Shown: positions 28,213 through 38,153, counted from the first letter of the stretch. The stretch: 64,000 bases of DNA from Candidatus Sericytochromatia bacterium (GCA_036676985.1 JAKFBU010000026.1:192001-256000); one strand, 5' to 3'. A program made the numbers and translations. Notes: generated by a model not told the origin, from the letters alone.

Positions 28213-29472
28213 ATGCCGACCTATCAGTGCAAGGTTCGCGATCACCGCGGCGAGGCGTTCATGAAGACCATGACCGGCGAGAACGCGGTCGAGGTGCGCA
28301 ATCGCCTGCGTGAGATGGGCTACATGGTCGTCACGCCCGTCACCGAGAAGCGCGACAACGCCCTGACGTCCATGAACGTCGGCCAGAACCTCAAGTTCCT
28401 GGACCAGCTCAACGACTACATGGCCAACGCCGGCAAGGTCAAGCTCTCGGACCTGACCATCTTCAGCCGGCAGTTCGCGACCATGATCAACGCGGGCGTG
28501 GCCATGGTGCGCGCCCTCCACATCCTCTCGGAGCAGACGAAGAACCCCAAGCTGCGCAAGGTCATCCTCGACCTCAAGACCCGCGTCGAGTCCGGCAACT
28601 CGCTCTCGGACTCCATGTCCAAGCACTCGACGGTCTTCGACAAGCTGTTCGTCGGTATGGTCCGCGCGGGCGAGGCGGGCGGCGTCCTGGACGAGGTCCT
28701 GTTGCGCGTGGCGGCCTTCCAGGAGGCCTCCAACAAGCTGCAGGGCCAGGTCAAGTCGGCCATGACCTACCCCATCGTCGTCTCGGTGATGGCGGTCGGC
28801 ATCTTCGTGGCGATGCTGGTGTTCATCCTGCCCGTCTTCGCGAACATGTTCGCCCAGATGAACGCCAAGCTGCCCGAGTACACGCAGTTCCTCATCGACA
28901 TGTCGAACATGGTCCGCGGCCCCATCGGTGTCGGCATGTTCTTCGGCATCGTGGGCTTCACCATGCTCTTCCGCCGCTGGGCCAAGACCGACCACGGCAA
29001 GCACTTCCTGGACAAGCACATCCTGAACCTGCCGGTCTTGGGCCCCCTGGTCCAGAAGGTCTCCGTGGCGCGCTTCACGCGCACGCTGGGCACCCTCTTG
29101 CGCTCGGGCGTCCCCCTCCTGAGCGCGCTCGAGATCGTCCGCGACTCGGCGGGCAACACCCAGGTCTCGGGCGCGGTGGAAGACGTCCGCCAGGCGGTCC
29201 GCGAGGGCGAGGGCATCACGCGGCCCCTGGAGAAGGCGGCCATCTTCCCGCCCATGGTCACGCAGATGATCTCCATCGGCGAGGAGACGGGCGCCATCGA
29301 CTCCATGCTGGAGAAGGTCGCGGACTTCTACGACGAAGAGGTGGAGGCCGCGGTCAAGAGCCTCACGTCCCTCCTGGAGCCCCTGATGATGGTCGGCATC
29401 GGTCTGCTGGTCGGCTCGATCGTCGTGGGCATGTACCTGCCCATCTTCAGCATCATCAACAACGTCAAGTAA
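28213..29472 (+). CDS. pilC: Type IV pilus inner-membrane platform protein (GspF family)
   Basis: FSRQFATMINAG, AGEAGGVL, SAMTYP, GEETG, LEP, YLPIF. Confidence 0.95.
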   Translation: MPTYQCKVRDHRGEAFMKTMTGENAVEVRNRLREMGYMVVTPVTEKRDNALTSMNVGQNLKFLDQLNDYMANAGKVKLSDLTIFSRQFATMINAGVAMVRALHILSEQTKNPKLRKVILDLKTRVESGNSLSDSMSKHSTVFDKLFVGMVRAGEAGGVLDEVLLRVAAFQEASNKLQGQVKSAMTYPIVVSVMAVGIFVAMLVFILPVFANMFAQMNAKLPEYTQFLIDMSNMVRGPIGVGMFFGIVGFTMLFRRWAKTDHGKHFLDKHILNLPVLGPLVQKVSVARFTRTLGTLLRSGVPLLSALEIVRDSAGNTQVSGAVEDVRQAVREGEGITRPLEKAAIFPPMVTQMISIGEETGAIDSMLEKVADFYDEEVEAAVKSLTSLLEPLMMVGIGLLVGSIVVGMYLPIFSIINNVK

Positions 29473-29557
29473 GAAAACGCTAATGAACGGGGTGACGGCG
29501 GGCCCGATGGCTGATATTCTTTAGACAGTCACCCCTAGCTAGGAGAGATGCCCATTC

Positions 29558-29668
29558 ATGGACGGTAACTGGACGTATTTCTGGTTCATGCTCACGGTGT
29601 TCTTCGGGGTCTGCGGTTGGGTCGGCTTCTCGGCCGTCAAGATCGCTCAGAACCCTTCCGAGCACTAA
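29558..29668 (+). CDS. Small (36 aa) single-pass membrane protein, not in the ORF track
   Basis: MDGNWTYFWFMLTVFFGVCGWVGFSAVKIAQNPSEH; AGGAG upstream, TGnTATTCT -10-like box, mostly G/C third positions, own terminator. Confidence 0.65.
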   Translation: MDGNWTYFWFMLTVFFGVCGWVGFSAVKIAQNPSEH

Positions 29669-29677
29669 GAAACTCCT

Positions 29678-29712
29678 CGGGCGATCGCGTCGACGCGATC
29701 GCCCGTTTTTTT
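29678..29712 (+). terminator. Intrinsic terminator
   Basis: CGGGCGATCGCGT-CG-ACGCGATCGCCCG-TTTTTTT. Confidence 0.85.
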
Positions 29713-29848
29713 GCCCGTCCTTCGTTAAGCCTGTTAACCCTCCATCAAATTCGACCCGTTGTTGGGTCAAATGATCATCCGACCGTTTATCAATGCTTGC
29801 TTGCGGGAAGGTCCACTATGGGATCGCGTCCGCAAGGAGATCGACGGC

Positions 29849-30604
29849 ATGAATGGGACCACGCTGCTCGATAGCAACGAACTGATTGCGCGCTTCCAGT
29901 CGGAGCGCGAGCCGCGCGTGCGCGACGAGATCGTGCGCCGCCACCTGAAGCTGGTGAAGCAGATCGCGCGCACCTACGGAGCCCGTTCGGCGGACAGCGT
30001 GGACGACCTGATCCAGGTGGGCTCCATCGGCCTCCTGAACGCCATCGAGCGCTTCGATCCGTCGCTCGGCAAGAACTTCGAGGCGTACGCGGGCACGCTC
30101 GTCGCGGGCGAAATCAAGCACTACCTGCGCGACAGCATCCACCTGGTCCGGCCGCCCCGCGAGCTCGTCGAGCTGCGCTCGACGGTGCGCGCCGCCACCA
30201 GCAAGCTCTCTCAGACGGTGGAGCGGGCGCCTACGCTGGACGAGCTCGCCACCGAGACCGGGCTGCCCGCCAAGAAGGTCGAGGAGGTGCTGGCGCTCGA
30301 CCAGGCGCACGTGGTCTCCCTGGACGACGAGGGCGAGGACGACGAGTCGCCTCGGGTCCGCTACCACCTGGTGGACAACAAGTACCGATCCTTCCAGCTG
30401 GCCGCCGAGGACCGCATCATGCTGGGCCAGGCCATGGGCAAGCTCAAGCACGTCTCGCGCGAGGTGCTCGAGTTCGCCTTCTACCAGGACCTCACGCAGA
30501 CGGAGATCGCGCAGCAGCTCGGCATCTCGCAGATGCAGGTCTCGCGGCGCCTCAAGGCCGCGACCCAGGAGCTCTGGAAGGTCCTCAACTCCCGGCTCTG
30601 GTAG
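29849..30604 (+). CDS. sigF: SigB/SigF/SigG-family RNA polymerase sigma factor (cyanobacterial SigF-like)
   Basis: DLIQVGSIGLLNAIERFDP, GEIKHYLRD, YRSFQLAAEDRI, DLTQTEIAQQLGISQMQVSR; ATG after AAGGAG. Confidence 0.85.
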   Translation: MNGTTLLDSNELIARFQSEREPRVRDEIVRRHLKLVKQIARTYGARSADSVDDLIQVGSIGLLNAIERFDPSLGKNFEAYAGTLVAGEIKHYLRDSIHLVRPPRELVELRSTVRAATSKLSQTVERAPTLDELATETGLPAKKVEEVLALDQAHVVSLDDEGEDDESPRVRYHLVDNKYRSFQLAAEDRIMLGQAMGKLKHVSREVLEFAFYQDLTQTEIAQQLGISQMQVSRRLKAATQELWKVLNSRLW

Positions 30605-30606
30605 GT

Positions 30607-32436
30607 CTAGTGGTACGTGAGGTGCCCGTAGACCTTCTTGGTGGCGCCGACCGTCTCCTCGTAGAGGACCAGCCCGCGTCGAGACGTCGGATCGACGGCG
30701 ACCTCGCCCTTGGTCTGGATATTCGTTTGCGAGGCGACGGGGAACTCGGACCCCCACTGCGCCCCGTCCAGCCCCACGTGCACCGCGTAGAGGTCCGTGT
30801 CGGTGCTCCGGTTGTCGCCCCACGTGACGAGGAAGGTGCCCCGTGCGGGTTCGTAGGCCACGTGTGGCGCCTCCTTGAGGCTGTTGACCGAGTTGATCGT
30901 CACGGCGCCGCCCACCAGGCTGCCTGCCTTGGAGACGCGTTGGCCCATGATGTGGTCGCGAAAGCCTGTGACGGCCCCGTCCCACACGACGAAGAAGTCC
31001 CCCGACACGGCGTCGACCGCTACCGCGGGATCCGTCTGGTTATTGGCGCCGCTCCCGATGGTGAGGACCGACCCTCCCGCCGTACCGTCGGGATTGATGA
31101 GCCGACCCGCGACTTGCATGGGGCTCGATTGGCTCGTGCTGGCCACGAGGAACTTGTTGGCGATCGCCGAGTAGGCGACCGTGGCCCGGGACTGCGCGAC
31201 CGACGCCACGCTCACGAGTGAGACGTTTCCTCCGATCAGGCTCCCGTCGCTTGCCAGGCGCTGGCCATAGATGACATTGGTGCCCGCGCGCGAGTCCTCC
31301 CAGACCACGAGGTACTGCAGGTTGGTCGGGTCGTAAGCCACCTTGGCATTGCCGCGCGTGCCGGTCGTCGAGCCGAGGGTGATCGTCCCGCCGAGCAAGG
31401 TGCCGTCCGACTTGACGATCTGCCCCAGGATGGCGTTGTTGCTCTCGAAGGCCACCAGGTAGCGGTTGTTGGTGCTGTCGTAGGCGATGGCCGGCTTGGA
31501 GCTCTGAGCGGCCAGGTTGGCGATGACGATCTCGGAGCCCGTCACGCTCCCCGTCGTGCTCATGCGAACGCCGTAGATGCCCGCGCCCGACGTTGCTCGG
31601 CTGTCCGTCCAGGCGGAGAGGTACTGGTTGTTGCCGTAGGCGACCGCGGGATCCTGCTGCTGGCCACCGCCGCTGGTGGAGGCGTAACGATTGCCCACCA
31701 TGCCGACGACCGTGAAGCCGGTCCGGAAGGCGACGGACGTCCCGACCTGGACCTGCCAGGTTTTGCCGCCGGGCGACATATCGCTCGGGACGGTGGTCGA
31801 GAGCGTGGTGCTCGTGAGCGTGCTCGGGGTGATGGCCTGCATGGCGCCGGCGGTGCCGAACGTGGCCTGGGTGATGCTCGGCAAGACGCTGAAGCCCTGC
31901 CCATTGAGGGTCACGGAGGTGCCGGGGCTACCGGTCGCCGGGCTGAAGCTCGTGAACGCAAAGGCCGGATACACGATCATCGGAACGGTGACGGCGTTCG
32001 GCCCCGCTACGAGGTTGACGGTCACTTGCTTTTCACCGACGAGCGAGCTGAAGGCCCCGCCGTTCCAGAGGTCCACGGTCAACGTGTAGCCGCTTTGCGG
32101 GCGCAGGCCCCCGCCCAAGGCTGCGGTCGCCACGTAGGTGCTGCCGCTCGCCACGATCTGCGCTCCCTTGATCAGGGTCTTCTGTCGGGGATCGGTCAGG
32201 ACGCTTGCATGCTCGAGCCGCAGGGTGGCCGTGTCCCAGGTGCCGGGTAGCGCCTGGGTCGAGCGCGCCGGGAGCTGGAGGTCGACCGAAAGGGTTGCCG
32301 GGAGCTCGTCGTGATCGCTGGCAGGCTGAGCGTTCAGGCGGATGCCTGCGGGGACGACCATGGCCTCCGGTGGGACCGAGGCTGAGCATCCGACCAGGAG
32401 CAAGGTCTGGAGTAGGAAGAAGCTGCGTCGAGTCAT
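30607..32436 (-). CDS. Lipoprotein with IPT/TIG-like domain and C-terminal repeat (beta-propeller-like) region
   Basis: Lipobox LVGC; FSPATGSPGTSVTLNGQGF; repeated P(A)VAY...YLVVW.D.R....IYGQR units. Confidence 0.78.
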   Translation of the reverse strand: MTRRSFFLLQTLLLVGCSASVPPEAMVVPAGIRLNAQPASDHDELPATLSVDLQLPARSTQALPGTWDTATLRLEHASVLTDPRQKTLIKGAQIVASGSTYVATAALGGGLRPQSGYTLTVDLWNGGAFSSLVGEKQVTVNLVAGPNAVTVPMIVYPAFAFTSFSPATGSPGTSVTLNGQGFSVLPSITQATFGTAGAMQAITPSTLTSTTLSTTVPSDMSPGGKTWQVQVGTSVAFRTGFTVVGMVGNRYASTSGGGQQQDPAVAYGNNQYLSAWTDSRATSGAGIYGVRMSTTGSVTGSEIVIANLAAQSSKPAIAYDSTNNRYLVAFESNNAILGQIVKSDGTLLGGTITLGSTTGTRGNAKVAYDPTNLQYLVVWEDSRAGTNVIYGQRLASDGSLIGGNVSLVSVASVAQSRATVAYSAIANKFLVASTSQSSPMQVAGRLINPDGTAGGSVLTIGSGANNQTDPAVAVDAVSGDFFVVWDGAVTGFRDHIMGQRVSKAGSLVGGAVTINSVNSLKEAPHVAYEPARGTFLVTWGDNRSTDTDLYAVHVGLDGAQWGSEFPVASQTNIQTKGEVAVDPTSRRGLVLYEETVGATKKVYGHLTYH

Positions 32437-32553
32437 GGTCCTGCCCTCTGGTACATGGCGAGTGGGCAAGGATTATTTAATCAAACTACTTGAAGTTTTG
32501 TAAATGATAGGTGCGTGGAGCTTCCTCGAAGGGGTGGAGTGCGGCGGGTTGGC

Positions 32554-32922
32554 CTAGACGGTGGCCTGCTTCTTCTGGATGGCCAGCGCCTCTTGCACCT
32601 GCGCGGCCGTGCAGTAGCCCAAGTCGACGAGGATCTCGCCCATGAGGCCGCCTGCGTCGGTCTGGCGCCGCAGGGCATTCTCGAGCTGGGGCTTGGTGAT
32701 GATGCCTTCCATGATGAGCAATTGACCGAGCTTGCACTGCGCGCGGTAGGCGCGCAGGCTCTCGAGCAGGTCCGTGAAGCCGATGGCCTGCATGCTCACC
32801 AGGATCTCGCCGATGCGCATGAAGGGCATCTGCGTCTGGAAGGTGCGTGCCTTCTGGAGCAGGGGCTCGGGAACGCTTCCTATGGCGACCAGGTAGGCTC
32901 CGAACTTGCCGTCGATGTCCAT
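32554..32922 (-). CDS. Stand-alone protein of four MshEN-like (PilB/GspE N-terminal) motifs, candidate c-di-GMP receptor
   Basis: 122 aa; RIGEILV, KLGQLLIMEGIITKPQLENALRRQ, LMGEILVDLGY...QVQEALAIQ; ATG overlaps upstream stop (TGATG). Confidence 0.8.
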   Translation of the reverse strand: MDIDGKFGAYLVAIGSVPEPLLQKARTFQTQMPFMRIGEILVSMQAIGFTDLLESLRAYRAQCKLGQLLIMEGIITKPQLENALRRQTDAGGLMGEILVDLGYCTAAQVQEALAIQKKQATV

Positions 32923-35900
32923 CAATCCTCCACCCATTGCACCTGGTTGCGTCCCTTGACCTTGGCCATGTACAGGCCGCGATCGGCCCGCTCGATGAGC
33001 TCCGCGATGCGCTCGTCCTCGAGCCGCAGGCTGCTCACGCCCAGCGAGACCGTGATCTGCCGGAGGGCGTTGTCGTCCGAGTCCATGAGCTCGATCTCCG
33101 ACACCGAGCGGCGGATGCGATCGGCCACGATGAGGGCGCCCTCGAAGTCCGTGTCCGGCAGCGAGACGATGAACTCCTCGCCCCCGTAGCGCGCGACCAC
33201 GTCCGCCAGGCGGACCGCCTGGCCGAGCACCACCGAGACCGACTGCAGCACCTGATCCCCCAGGGCATGGCCGAAGGTGTCGTTGAAGCTCTTGAAGTGG
33301 TCGATGTCCAGCATGATGACGCTCAGGTGGCGGCGGTGCCGGCGGGCCTGCGCGAAGTCGCGGTTCAGCTGGTCCTGGAAGAAGCGCCGGTTGTGCAGGC
33401 CCGTGAGCGCGTCGGTCGAGGCCCGGAGGTTCGCCTCTTCGTAGAGCATGACCAGGTTCTCGAGCTCGTTGGCACGCCGGGCCAGCTGCGTGTAGAGGTG
33501 CGCGTTCTCGATGGCCACCGAGGCGTGGTTCGCGATCGCCTCCAGCAGCTCCAGGTCCCGCTCGGTGAAGTGGTTCACGATGGCCTGGCTGTCGACGTAC
33601 AAGAGGCCGAGCACCGTCTGCTTGGCGATGAGGGGCACGCACATGACCGTGCGCAGGTTGAGGGCCATGATGCTCGCCTGAACCTGCAGGTGCTCGTCGG
33701 CGCTCGCGTCCTCGACGCACAGGCTCTCGCCCGAGTCGAGCACCCGCTGGCAGATGGACTGGCTGATGGCCTGGGCCTCGGGATCGAGCCGCTCGCCGCC
33801 CCTCTTGAAGGCCGCCCGGCAGCTGAGGCGGTCCTGCTCCCAGAGCAGCAGGAAGCCACGCTCGGCGGTCGTGACCTCCAGGGTGAGCTGCACGACGAGA
33901 TCCAGCACCTCCTCCATCACGAGCGTGGTCGAGATGGTGCGCGAGAGGCTGTTGAGCATCTCGAGCTTGCGGCTCTTGTCGTCCCACTCGTGATGCAGGT
34001 TGGCGTTCTCGATGGCCGTGGCCGTCAGGGCCGCAAGGCTCATGACCACGTCCAGGTCGCCCTCCGAGAAGCCGTTGCCGATGGACTGGCGATCGACGTA
34101 GAGCGAGCCCACCACCACGTTGCGGATCTTGAGGGGCACGCACAAGACGGTGCGGACGTTGAGCTCCTGCACCGACTGCGAGTGCGAGAAGCGATCGTCC
34201 GAAAGGGCGTCCTGCAGGCAGATGGGCTGCTCGGTGCGGAGCACCTCCTCGGCCACCGAGCGGCTGATGAGCCAGTCGGCCTCCTCCTCGCCGCGGATGT
34301 TGCGCAGCTGGCTGACCTGGATCTCACCCTCCTTGTAGAGCAGGAGGAAGCCGCGCTCGGCCTCGGCGATGCCGATGATGAGGTCCATGGCCATCTCCAG
34401 CACCAGCTGGAGGTCGTGCACCTGGTTGATCTTGAGGGCGAAGTCGATGAGCTGCTCGAGGCGTTCCTGCGACTTCTGAGACCCCTGGCGCTGGGCGGAT
34501 TCGCCGCGCAGCTGGGCGAGGATGTCGGCGAGCTCGCCGCCGACCTTGCCGAGCCGCGCCTCGACGGACAACCCGGAGCTTGCGATGCCCTGGGCGCGGG
34601 GCACCCACGGAGCGAACCAGCCCGACTCGAAGGCCGGGCGATCGCCCTCCGCGAGGCCGGCGAAGAGGCGATCCGCCTCGTTGTTCGCGATCTTCTGCAG
34701 CGAGTCGCCGCGCAGGGGATCGGCCTCTGCCAACAGGCGCAGGATGCGGCCGTGCAGGAGCGGGCTACCGATGCCCTCGGCAAGGTTCAGGGCCTTTCTC
34801 AGGTGCTCGACGGCAAGCGACCGGTGATCCTGGACGAGCTTCAGCTCGCCGAGCAGCGCATGCGCCTGGGCCGAGAGGTAGCGCGCGCCGATCTCGTCGG
34901 CGTCCTGCAGGGCGTCATGGGCGAGCTGCTGAGCCGTGGCGTAGTCCTTGGAGTGGCTCGCGACCAGGGCCAGCGCCCACATGGCCTTGGCGCTGATGCC
35001 CCTGGCGTTGGAGGCGTCCGCCGCCTTGCGCGCGGTGGTCAAGGTGAGGCGCGCAGCCTCGCGCTCGCCCGTGAGGAGCTGGGCGAGGCCGAGCATCACC
35101 TGCTGCTGCGGGATGATCTCGCGCACGCCTGTCTCCTCGGTCATGGCGAGGGCCGCCTTGGCGTACTCGGCGGCCTCGGCGAGCCGGCCGAGCTGCAGCA
35201 AGGCATCCGAGCGGTAGACGGCGATGGTGACTTCCAGGTAGCGGTTGTTCATCTCGCGGGCGAGCGCTAGGCCGCGATCCACCTCGGCCATGCCCGTGCC
35301 CAGCTGACCCAGGTAAAGGCGAGCGATGCCCGAGAGCGTGACGGCCATGCCCTCGGCATAGCGGCTGTTGGTGGCGATCGCCCCCTCTGCCGCGAGCTCC
35401 GCGAGCCGCAGGGCCTCCTGCACGTCGCCCATCTCGAAGGCCACGATGGCGAGGTTCAGGTGGCCGAAGATGAGCTCGTCGGTCTGCCCGATCTCGGCAT
35501 TGATCTGCTGGCACTGCAGGAAGCACTCGTTGGCCTCGGAGTAGCGGCCGAGGGCGAGGTAGGCGTTGCCGAGCAGCATGGTCGTGTCGTTGAGGCCGAT
35601 CTTGTCGCCCAGGCCCTGCTTGATGACGAGGCTCTCCTGCAGGTAGGCGAGCCCCTCTTCCTGGCGCTCGGGATCCGAGGCGAACAGGTAGCCCAGAAAG
35701 GCCAGGCTCTCGGCCAGGTACACCGGGACGTTGGCCTCGCGCGCCACCGCGAGCGCCCGCGAGAAGACCTCGATGGTGGCGGGCACGTCGCCGCCGAAGT
35801 AGGTGATCCGGCCGAGCGTCGTGAGCGCCCGCCCGAGATCCCGCGTGGCACCCGCCTCCTCGGCGACCTCGGCGGCGCGCCGGAGCGCCTCCTTGGCCTG

Positions 35901-38153
35901 GTCGTACTGGCCTGCGGTCTGGTGGATCTTGCCCTGGCTCGAGAGGATGCGCGAGACGAGTACCTTGTCGCCCAAACGCTCGGCAAGGACCAGGGCCTCG
36001 TCGAGGGCCGCCGAGGCCTCCTTCTGGTCGCCCTGGCGGCGGGCGACATCCCCCAGGCCCACCAGGTAGCGGAGCTTGAGGCCCGGATCGGTGTCGTCCT
36101 GATGCCGGAGGCCCGCCTCGAAGTACTTGCGGGCCTGGGCGTTGGCGAAGAGGTCCAGGTTGCGCTCGCCGGCCCGCAGCGCGAAGGGAACCGCCCGCTG
36201 GGGCTCCTCGCCTTCGAGCAGGTGGGTGGCGACCGCGTTCAACAGCGCCACGTCGGCGGGCTTTTCCGCGAGCTCGGGCAAGAGGGCCTCGGCCACGTGA
36301 CCATGGAGCGCCTTGCGCTCGGACTCGCCCAGGGAGCCGTAGACGAGGCTGGCGATCTGGTGGTGCGAGAACTCGTAGCCGGTGGGACCGAGCTCCAGCA
36401 CGCCCTCGGCTTCCAGTTCGCCGATGGCCTGGAAGAGGGACTCGTCCTGGGGCAGGTCCGGCAGCGCGCTCAAGAGGGCGAGGCGCGTGCCGCCACCAGC
36501 CACGGACACGGCGCGCGCGACGGCGATCGCCTCGGGGCCGAGCGCGTCGATCTTCTGGCCCATGAGGCCGTGCAGATCGCTGGGCAGGGCCGCGAGGTTG
36601 AAGCCGCCCTCGGTCTGCCAGGCGCCGTTCTGCTTGACGAGCATGCCCGACTCGACCAGGTAGTGCAGCAGGTCGTTGAGGTAGCGCGGGTTGCCGGCGC
36701 TCACCTCGAGCACGGGCTCGAGGAACTCGGGCGCGAGCTTCTCGGTGCCGAGCATGGAGGCGATCATCCGGGTGGCCTCCTCGGCCGAGAGGTTCTCGGC
36801 CGAAAAGCGCTGGACGGGCTCAGTGGCGGGCGAGCCGCCCACGAGCACCAGGAAGAGCGGCGCCTGCTGGCTGTTGCGCAAGAGGTGGTCGCAGAGCTCG
36901 CGCGAGGGCTCGTCGAGCCACTGGGCGTCGTCGATGAGCAGCACCAGGCCCTTGGAGCGGGCGATCGCCCCCAGGACGTCGCTCACCGCCCCCTGCAGGC
37001 GCATCTTCTCCTGCTGGGGCTCCAGGGCCTCGGGGGCCTCTCCGGTGCCGAGCTCGGGCAGGAGGCGCGAGAGGACCGGGGCATGGGTGTCGAGCAGCGC
37101 CGGGCAGAGCGTGCGGGCGAGCGGCAGGAGGGCGCGGAGGGCCTCCACGATGGGCGCGTAGGGAGCGGCCTGCTCGGGGGCGCGCACGGCGGCCGTCGCC
37201 TGCTCGGCGAGCTGGGCCACCAGGTGGAACTCCTGACCGAGGCGCGTCTTGCCGCTGCCGGCCCCGCCCTCGACGAGCACCAGGCCGCCTTCGGCGCCCA
37301 GCATGCCCTCGAAGCGACCGAGGGCCTCCGCGCGGCCGATGAAGGACGGCTCCAGGAGGGTCGTGCCGACCTCTTCGGCGTCGTAGCCGAGGGCCTCCAG
37401 GACCTCGCCGGCCGACTGGTAGCGCTTGAGGGGATCCTTGGCCATCAGGCGCATGACGAGCGCCTCGAGGGCCGGATCGATGCCCGCGGCCTTGTCCGTC
37501 AGCGTGGGGACGGGGGCGTCCAGGTGGCTCTTGATGAGGTCGATGGTGCTCGCGGCCTGGTAGGGCGGGAAGCCCGTCAAGAGGTGAAAGGCGACGGCTC
37601 CGAGCGCGTAGAGGTCCGCGCGCTGGTCGACGCGGCCGCCGCGCGCCACCTCGGGCGCCAGGTACAGGAGGGTTCCGCGGATGGGGCCGCCCGCGCGGCC
37701 CGCCCGCTCCATGAGCCCGAAGTCCATGAGCTTGACCTGGCCGCCCGTCGTGAGGCGCACGTTCTCGGGCTTCAGGTCCCCGTGCACGTAGCCCTGCGCG
37801 TGGATGAAGGAGAGCGCCCGGCACAGCCCCGCGAGCACCTCGCGCACGGCCGAGGCCGACATGGGCAGGGCCTCGTCCAGCCCCTGGCCCGCCACGATCT
37901 CCATGGTGAAGTAGGGCGTGCCGTCCTCCAGGGCGCCGTAGTCGTAGACCTCCACCGTGTGCGGGTGGCGCAGGCGGGTCATGGTCCAGAATTCGTGCTT
38001 GAGTTGCTGGAGGGCGGCGGCTCCGGTGCCGTGGACGAGCTTGAGGGCGACGTCGCGGTCGGTGACGGTGTCGCGGACCGACAGCACCTTGCCCATCCCC
38101 CCCTCCCCGAGGGAGGCGAGGATCTCGTAGCGATTGGCGATGGCGTTGGACAT
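32922..38153 (-). CDS. Ser/Thr kinase-STAND/AAA ATPase-TPR-GAF-GAF-GGDEF multidomain diguanylate cyclase
   Basis: GEGGMG, HGDLKPEN, DFG, APE; GGAGSGKT and LLIDDAQW; TPR-like helices; two GAF domains; DALTGLHNRR, DIDHFK, RLAD...GGEEF. Confidence 0.92.
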   Translation of the reverse strand: MSNAIANRYEILASLGEGGMGKVLSVRDTVTDRDVALKLVHGTGAAALQQLKHEFWTMTRLRHPHTVEVYDYGALEDGTPYFTMEIVAGQGLDEALPMSASAVREVLAGLCRALSFIHAQGYVHGDLKPENVRLTTGGQVKLMDFGLMERAGRAGGPIRGTLLYLAPEVARGGRVDQRADLYALGAVAFHLLTGFPPYQAASTIDLIKSHLDAPVPTLTDKAAGIDPALEALVMRLMAKDPLKRYQSAGEVLEALGYDAEEVGTTLLEPSFIGRAEALGRFEGMLGAEGGLVLVEGGAGSGKTRLGQEFHLVAQLAEQATAAVRAPEQAAPYAPIVEALRALLPLARTLCPALLDTHAPVLSRLLPELGTGEAPEALEPQQEKMRLQGAVSDVLGAIARSKGLVLLIDDAQWLDEPSRELCDHLLRNSQQAPLFLVLVGGSPATEPVQRFSAENLSAEEATRMIASMLGTEKLAPEFLEPVLEVSAGNPRYLNDLLHYLVESGMLVKQNGAWQTEGGFNLAALPSDLHGLMGQKIDALGPEAIAVARAVSVAGGGTRLALLSALPDLPQDESLFQAIGELEAEGVLELGPTGYEFSHHQIASLVYGSLGESERKALHGHVAEALLPELAEKPADVALLNAVATHLLEGEEPQRAVPFALRAGERNLDLFANAQARKYFEAGLRHQDDTDPGLKLRYLVGLGDVARRQGDQKEASAALDEALVLAERLGDKVLVSRILSSQGKIHQTAGQYDQAKEALRRAAEVAEEAGATRDLGRALTTLGRITYFGGDVPATIEVFSRALAVAREANVPVYLAESLAFLGYLFASDPERQEEGLAYLQESLVIKQGLGDKIGLNDTTMLLGNAYLALGRYSEANECFLQCQQINAEIGQTDELIFGHLNLAIVAFEMGDVQEALRLAELAAEGAIATNSRYAEGMAVTLSGIARLYLGQLGTGMAEVDRGLALAREMNNRYLEVTIAVYRSDALLQLGRLAEAAEYAKAALAMTEETGVREIIPQQQVMLGLAQLLTGEREAARLTLTTARKAADASNARGISAKAMWALALVASHSKDYATAQQLAHDALQDADEIGARYLSAQAHALLGELKLVQDHRSLAVEHLRKALNLAEGIGSPLLHGRILRLLAEADPLRGDSLQKIANNEADRLFAGLAEGDRPAFESGWFAPWVPRAQGIASSGLSVEARLGKVGGELADILAQLRGESAQRQGSQKSQERLEQLIDFALKINQVHDLQLVLEMAMDLIIGIAEAERGFLLLYKEGEIQVSQLRNIRGEEEADWLISRSVAEEVLRTEQPICLQDALSDDRFSHSQSVQELNVRTVLCVPLKIRNVVVGSLYVDRQSIGNGFSEGDLDVVMSLAALTATAIENANLHHEWDDKSRKLEMLNSLSRTISTTLVMEEVLDLVVQLTLEVTTAERGFLLLWEQDRLSCRAAFKRGGERLDPEAQAISQSICQRVLDSGESLCVEDASADEHLQVQASIMALNLRTVMCVPLIAKQTVLGLLYVDSQAIVNHFTERDLELLEAIANHASVAIENAHLYTQLARRANELENLVMLYEEANLRASTDALTGLHNRRFFQDQLNRDFAQARRHRRHLSVIMLDIDHFKSFNDTFGHALGDQVLQSVSVVLGQAVRLADVVARYGGEEFIVSLPDTDFEGALIVADRIRRSVSEIELMDSDDNALRQITVSLGVSSLRLEDERIAELIERADRGLYMAKVKGRNQVQWVED

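Noticed and set aside
29489-29535. GGGGTGAC...GTCACCCC as an additional REP copy
   Set aside because: Only 8-10 bp match and the central palindrome is missing
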